Positions 27,359 through 32,000 of a DNA stretch of 32,000 bases are shown here, one piece after another. Within the stretch, counting starts at the first letter, position 1. Every line of letters begins with the position of its first letter. Origin of the DNA: Haloquadratum walsbyi C23 (GTDB lineage Archaea; Halobacteriota; Halobacteria; Halobacteriales; Haloferacaceae). The stretch covers positions 1,380,001 through 1,412,000 of the forward strand of contig NC_017459.1 in NCBI RefSeq assembly GCF_000237865.1. Reading direction: 5' to 3'. A program made the translations under genes and the position numbers. A model generated the notes under the pieces. The model did not search any database, had not been told where the DNA came from, and saw only the letters and a list, made by a program, of their open reading frames with translations.

Positions 27359-29479
27359 ATGCAGACTCGTACTGAAACACTCGCATCTCTGTATCTCGAT
27401 GGGCTCTTGGATATTCCATCATACCAACGTAGTTACTCGTGGGAGGAACCGCAGTTAGCAGACCTCATTGAGGACCTCCGATATCTACCTGAGGAGTCCA
27501 ATCATTTCTTCGGGAACATCATCCTCGACAAGAAGGACGAGCAGTACCAAACAGATAGAGGAAGACGCTTCGACGTGTATGATGTTGTTGACGGCCAGCA
27601 GCGATTGACGACCGCACTCATTCTCCTTCATGTCGCCACGCAGTTTGATGATGTAGTCAACGAAACTGTCTCGGAGGACAACCTAATTTTCCCTGTTGAC
27701 GAGCGTCCCCGACTGATGCCGCAGGATCAGGACGAAGAATTCTTCCGAGATAGCCTGTTCGGTAGTGCAGGTTTGGAGTGCAAAACCCCGTCACAGGAGC
27801 ATCTTGAATACGCAAAGGAGTATTTTGAGTCAAAATTCGAAGACCTGCCTGCTCGAGAAATCTCCGAACGCCTGCGATATGACTGCAAAGTCAACGTCGT
27901 AGAAATAGACAACGAATCCGAGGCGGCATCGATTTTCGAGAGTCTGAACGACCGGGGGAAGCCCTTGTCTTCGCTTGATAAAACGAAGAGCTTCCTGATG
28001 TACATGGACGACCGCTCTAGCAATCGTGGGGCGCTCGAAACCAAAATAAAGCAACGATTTGGGAGCATCTACCACGAGTTGTTCGTCCTCTCTAACGGGC
28101 ACGATCGAGTGAGCGATTTCGACGAAGACAGCGTTCAACGGTTTCACTGGGGAATTTACGACGGGTACGACTCTAACGAGTATTTCAGCAGTCTCGATAC
28201 GCTCAAAGACAGGCTTCGAGAGAAATACCGAAACGGAGAGTACGATACCGTTCAGGGTAAAATTGACGAGTACACACAGAACCTTCGTGAAGCAGCATCG
28301 GCGTTCGCCGCGCTATTCAATCCTTCACAACGACCTGATGAAGTCGAGTCTGCACTAAGACGCCTGCTAGCACTCGGCAGAGTTGCAAACGCTCTCCCCG
28401 TCCTGATGGCGGCACAGATGGAATATGGTGACGATGAACCCGACAAGATGGCGGAGATTATTCAGGCGTGCGAAACGCTCATTTTTCGCGTCTATGCAAC
28501 TGATGGCAGGCGGTCAGACACAGGTCTCGGCAAATTAGTTCGCCTCGCTCATTCGATTCATGCAGACGACTCGTATCTATTCGAGGACGTGCTCAATCGT
28601 CTCGACTCAATAACTCGCATTTACACCGACGATGACCGCTTTGAGCGCGACCTCCGTGATCCTGAATTTTATGATTCAATGTCGAGCCAAGATATCCGAT
28701 ATCTACTGTACCACTACGGAGAGCGACTAGGCATCGATATGCACGAAGAGGTTCAGCCAGACCTCGAACAAATCCTCTCGACAGATTTCGAGGTTGAGCA
28801 CATTCTTGCTCGGGGACTCGCCGAGGAGCACATACCGGAAAGCCTTCGTGAGGACTTCGAAGACCAAGTTCATCGACTGGGTAATCTGACCATCGCCAGC
28901 TCATACTGGAACAAGTCTCTCTCCGATCTTCCATTCATGAAGAAAAAGAATGCCGAGGGGCGAAGAGAAAAAGAATACAAGTCATCGGTACTCCGAGTCC
29001 AGCAGGTCTTAGCAGCGTTTGAGCAATTCAGCCGGGAAGAGCTTGAGGAGCGAGAGCAGAAAATCATCGACTTTGCGCTCGATGAGTGGGACACTGAATC
29101 AGTTGACCGCAGTTCAGGGGGGTCAGGGGGCAGCGATGATTCAGACGCTCCCGAATACGAGACTTTGCCGAACAACTTTTTCAGACGACTAACAAACCGG
29201 CAGGAGGCGTTCATACGGATTCTGCTCGATGAGAACGATTGGATCGTGAATCAGGAAATCTGCCAGCGAATGAAGGACGAATATGATCTTTCTTCAGGCG
29301 GGAGTAAAGCAATGTCTGGTATCCTCTCTGGGTTTACCCGCAAATACACCAATAACTTCACATGGAATCTGATAAATTACAGGACGACTGGTGGGGGAAC
29401 CGAATACCGATTGAATCCAGATTCGGGCTATCTCGACGAGCTACATGAACGGTTGGTGGATTCCGGTGATGAGTCGTGA
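27359..29479 (+). CDS. DUF262 (ParB-like NTPase) + DUF1524 (His-Me finger nuclease) protein, GmrSD-like type IV restriction family, with a C-terminal extension
   Basis: 706 aa.
- **DUF262 motifs:** IPSYQRSYSWEEPQLADLIEDL and YDVVDGQQRLTT.
- **DUF1524 motifs:** FEVEHILAR ... HRLGNLTIASSYWNKSLSD.
- **Extra C-terminal region:** a linker SSGGSGGSDDSD, then ~120 aa (RLTNRQEAFIRILLDENDWIVNQEICQRM...). Confidence 0.85.
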   Translation: MQTRTETLASLYLDGLLDIPSYQRSYSWEEPQLADLIEDLRYLPEESNHFFGNIILDKKDEQYQTDRGRRFDVYDVVDGQQRLTTALILLHVATQFDDVVNETVSEDNLIFPVDERPRLMPQDQDEEFFRDSLFGSAGLECKTPSQEHLEYAKEYFESKFEDLPAREISERLRYDCKVNVVEIDNESEAASIFESLNDRGKPLSSLDKTKSFLMYMDDRSSNRGALETKIKQRFGSIYHELFVLSNGHDRVSDFDEDSVQRFHWGIYDGYDSNEYFSSLDTLKDRLREKYRNGEYDTVQGKIDEYTQNLREAASAFAALFNPSQRPDEVESALRRLLALGRVANALPVLMAAQMEYGDDEPDKMAEIIQACETLIFRVYATDGRRSDTGLGKLVRLAHSIHADDSYLFEDVLNRLDSITRIYTDDDRFERDLRDPEFYDSMSSQDIRYLLYHYGERLGIDMHEEVQPDLEQILSTDFEVEHILARGLAEEHIPESLREDFEDQVHRLGNLTIASSYWNKSLSDLPFMKKKNAEGRREKEYKSSVLRVQQVLAAFEQFSREELEEREQKIIDFALDEWDTESVDRSSGGSGGSDDSDAPEYETLPNNFFRRLTNRQEAFIRILLDENDWIVNQEICQRMKDEYDLSSGGSKAMSGILSGFTRKYTNNFTWNLINYRTTGGGTEYRLNPDSGYLDELHERLVDSGDES

Positions 29480-30045
29480 TGCAAACGCAGATTGGTGAGC
29501 TAATTGTCGGGGCATATCTTCCGGTCATCAATGGCTACGAACTCGTCTCGTACAATCAGCGGTCGAAAGAAGCGGGGAAACAGATGGAGTTCGACGTGCT
29601 CGGAGTCAGATCAACGAACGGGAAAATAGACGGTCTATGCCTGCGAGGTAGTCACGCATATTCGAGGAGAATTATATTCTGGCACTCCAGATGAAGAAGG
29701 ATGGTGGAGCAAATACGGAAATCCGAGTTATCAGCATTCGCTCGAACGTACCTTCCACAAGTTTGAGGAAGACTACGATTTAGTTACTGGCGTTTTCGAT
29801 GATACTAGGAGTCCAAGTTTCAGTTTTGGTCGCCGTATGTGTCTGAGGGTCATCTGACCGAAGGATTAGAAGATATGACACAGCAGTTCGAGAGCGATTG
29901 TAAGGAGTCAATTGAACTCATTATTACCGGCGAGCACTCTAAACGAGTGCATGAACTCCGAGACCGGGCATCAGAAACGAAGAAGCGGTTCGATAAACCC
30001 GCGTTCCGCTTCTTCCAAATCCTAGAGCACATGCGAGAAGAGTAG
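29476..30045 (+). pseudogene. partner gene of the DUF262/DUF1524 protein, broken by two frameshifts (unknown family, possibly nuclease-fold)
   Basis: Its start overlaps the upstream stop (GTGATG). Protein-like text continues across three frame segments.
- **Segment 1:** MQTQIGELIVGAYLPVINGYELVSYNQRSKEAGKQMEFDVLGVRSTNGKID (to about 29631).
- **Segment 2:** VYACEVVTHIRGELYSGTPDEEGWWSKYGNPSYQHSLERTFHKFEEDYDLVTGVFDD (about 29633..29805).
- **Segment 3:** KFQFWSPYVSEGHLTEGLEDM...FRFFQILEHMREE (to 30045). Confidence 0.55.
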
Positions 30046-30235
30046 CAAGAGAGGGTGAACGGATTACGAATTGAGCTGCGTCTATGGCTCCGCTAAACAC
30101 ACTCACTATTACTATAGATAGATTGTGAGTCGTGAGTACAGAGGTCAGCTTTCTATTTGAGTATTATACTCCGAATCTATATCGTTCAGAGGAGCACGGT
30201 GAAAGTGATAGACAGAGCCGAGATTACCCCGTTGA

Positions 30236-30499
30236 GGAACCTCCGACAGCGTTGGAGTACATCCTATTGAGTACGAGACGCGCCCCGGCGTCACCGTCGA
30301 GAACCTACAACAAGTTCGCGCGGTCTACGATAAGTCGAATGAACGGTGGGAGCTGCATCTCGTCTGCAAAGACGAAGTCGAGACGCCCACCGCACCCGGC
30401 AACGAAACGGCGGGTATCGATCTCGGCATCAGCAACTTCGCGGCAGTCGCGTACAACACCGACGAAGCCGACCTGTACCCCGGCAACTGCCTCAAATAA
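30236..30499 (+). pseudogene. TnpB (IS200/IS605-family OrfB, RNA-guided nuclease) internal fragment
   Basis: One frame reads ...HPIEYETRPGVTVENLQQVRAVYDKSNERWELHLVCKDEVETPTAPGNETAGIDLGISNFAAVAYNTDEADLYPGNCLK*. The WELHLVCK and AGIDLGI(S)NFAAV blocks are typical of haloarchaeal TnpB. There is no start codon, and the fragment is truncated where the opposite-strand gene ends. Confidence 0.65.
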
Positions 30500-30507
30500 G
30501 ACGGGTA

Positions 30508-31062
30508 CTACTCGCCGATTCGCTCGTCGACATCTGCGTCTAACGCCTCTATATCGAGTTCCGTCAAGATCTCGTCCTCTACATCAAGGAGGATTTCCTG
30601 AAGTTCCTGGAGGATTGTTTCGGCTTCGAGGACGGGAATCTCCTGCTCGCGAGCCATGATCCGGGCAGTCATCTCCGATTTCGTGTAGGCCCGAGCGTAT
30701 TCGATGGTCGTCGCCAGACCGCTGACTCCGTGGCGTTCGACGTAGAGTTCGATATTGTCGTTTGAGTCGCGTTGAGCCAGGGCAACGAGAAGGGTCGGGG
30801 TGATTTGAAACGTCTCTTCCCCGGTCTGTATGGTCAGATCGACCCGACGAGCGCTATATCGGTGCGGCTGAGAGTCCGTCACGCGCTTGAGGACACCGAT
30901 TTCCACGAGATGCTTGACATCCTCGTAGACCGTGGTTTGAGAACTCGCAAAACGGCTTGCGAGCTCCTCTACAGTAGGGGTGTTAACTTCGAGTACCCGA
31001 GCGTACAGACGTGCGAACCGTTCGTTTTGGATCACGTCAGAAACTGCCAGCATCGTGTCCAA
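30508..31062 (-). CDS. winged-helix (ArsR/TrmB-like) transcriptional regulator with an acidic C-terminal domain
   Basis: 184 aa. RFARLYARVLEVNTPTVEELASRFASSQTTVYEDVKHLVEIGVLKRV is an HTH-plus-wing pattern. The protein has an acidic, halophile-type composition. Confidence 0.75.
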   Translation of the reverse strand: MDTMLAVSDVIQNERFARLYARVLEVNTPTVEELASRFASSQTTVYEDVKHLVEIGVLKRVTDSQPHRYSARRVDLTIQTGEETFQITPTLLVALAQRDSNDNIELYVERHGVSGLATTIEYARAYTKSEMTARIMAREQEIPVLEAETILQELQEILLDVEDEILTELDIEALDADVDERIGE

Positions 31063-31357
31063 CGGGTGCGAACCCGAGAGAGCTGATTCGTTAATCCATT
31101 TTAATTTCCGCGGAATACATAAAGTAGTATCGTGGGCTAAGTGGTGCTTCCAACCGTTGATTGAGGGGTTTGTTATTCATCAAACCGGAGAAGAGACTCA
31201 TTATTTGACAGTACCACTATGCAAGATGTCAAGATGTAGAGGATAGAGGATCCATGCAGCACTTGATTACTATTGATTTCATTTCATTATTGACGGATTA
31301 GCCACTCGGTGAGCGTGCGTATGTATAGATTCCCACAGAGGGCGTAGGCTTTCGAGA

Positions 31358-31831
31358 CTACGGCAAGTTATTCTGCGCGTTCAACAAGCTCTCGTCATTA
31401 TTCTCGACCGCTGTCCACCACATCTTCAATACAGCAATCGTAACGCGTTTTGGTGGTTGTTCAGTCCCGATACAGGATTGCTTGTGTGCGTCGAGATTAT
31501 TAGGTGGGTGAAAATGCCGTACTGGTTTCTTGGTGGTCTTATTCGCTGCCTCGCGTCCGAATCTAAATTCTAGTCCTTCTTCCCGATAGTGGTACTTGTA
31601 GTCTCCATTTTCCCACCACTGGATATCGAAATACCCAGCCTGCTTGTGGATTCCAGGCGTAATAGTGGCTCGTGCTGTTCTAACGTCTTTCCCGTCACGC
31701 GGTTTGAACGGTTGCCCTTTCTGGTATCGGAATCGCACTTTGACAACTCCTCTCCCGAGTTGTTGGTGCATCTGATTCACGCTCTCATTAATCGCTGCTG
31801 AATCGATTGGAGAGCCGTTCCCCATCCGCAT
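31358..31831 (-). CDS. hypothetical protein
   Basis: 157-aa ORF with no competing frame. Its start ATG overlaps the stop of an upstream minus-strand ORF (TAATG). The block YKYHYREEGLEFRFGRE...RHFHPP loosely resembles DUF6516/TumE-type small proteins, but I cannot confirm that. Confidence 0.5.
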   Translation of the reverse strand: MRMGNGSPIDSAAINESVNQMHQQLGRGVVKVRFRYQKGQPFKPRDGKDVRTARATITPGIHKQAGYFDIQWWENGDYKYHYREEGLEFRFGREAANKTTKKPVRHFHPPNNLDAHKQSCIGTEQPPKRVTIAVLKMWWTAVENNDESLLNAQNNLP

Positions 31832-32000
31832 TATTGGAGTGGGGCCTGATTGTTACTGGGGGTCGTTGTTTGATTATCTGTACGCCTATCTTCCGGTTCA
31901 TCTACGATCGACGCCTGCTCTTTTGCTTCTTTGAGGCGGTATGCCGCTCTGAGGTGGCTTAATTCTCGTTTTGCTGTCCGCCAGTGAGAGATGTCGTCGA
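31831..32000 (-). CDS. 3' end of a CDS that runs off the window (hypothetical)
   Basis: An open minus-strand frame runs from the window edge to the TAA at 31831..33: ...DDISHWRTAKRELSHLRAAYRLKEAKEQASIVDEPEDRRTDNQTTTPSNNQAPLQ*. It overlaps the downstream gene by 1 nt. Confidence 0.35.
   Translation of the reverse strand, partial: DDISHWRTAKRELSHLRAAYRLKEAKEQASIVDEPEDRRTDNQTTTPSNNQAPLQ

Noticed and set aside
30132-30659. 175-aa + strand ORF
   Set aside because: It is an out-of-frame read across the TnpB remnant that continues antisense into the wHTH gene. It has a basic, Ser/Thr/Arg-rich composition.

Overview
The window reads as a haloarchaeal accessory or defence island. Proteins are strongly acidic, GC is moderate, and the CRISPR repeat belongs to the haloarchaeal type I-B family. 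No searches were possible, so all family calls rest on motifs read by eye.

The core is a complete type I-B cas operon (cas6-cas8b-cas7-cas5-cas3-cas4-cas1-cas2, 14017..23216, + strand). Two co-oriented CRISPR arrays of 22 repeats each flank it (11076..12481 and 23321..24737). Their ~100-nt leaders are near-identical.

- **Upstream:** a VapBC toxin-antitoxin pair; a bacterial-type AddB-like/AddA-like nuclease-helicase operon (4070..9546); and a convergent PPP-family metallophosphoesterase that abuts the CRISPR-1 leader.
- **Downstream:** an RHH regulator and a rhomboid protease gene, each preceded by a related perfect palindrome; an orphan AbrB/SpoVT protein; a DUF262/DUF1524 (GmrSD-like) nuclease with a translationally coupled partner gene broken by two frameshifts; a TnpB remnant; a wHTH regulator; and an overlapping pair of small genes at the window edge.

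- **Strongest direct observations:**
  - cas6 is split by a 1-nt frameshift in a C4G4 run.
  - One spacer plus one array-1-type repeat has been transplanted into array 2.
  - A decayed IS sits inside the degenerate trailer of array 1.
  - Gene decay is widespread across the island.
- **Best candidates for something undescribed:**
  - the AddAB-like module (plus phosphatase) placed at a CRISPR leader in an archaeon;
  - the GmrSD-like two-gene module with a C-terminal extension;
  - the RHH/palindrome/rhomboid unit.

I cannot tell from sequence alone which of these, if any, is functional.
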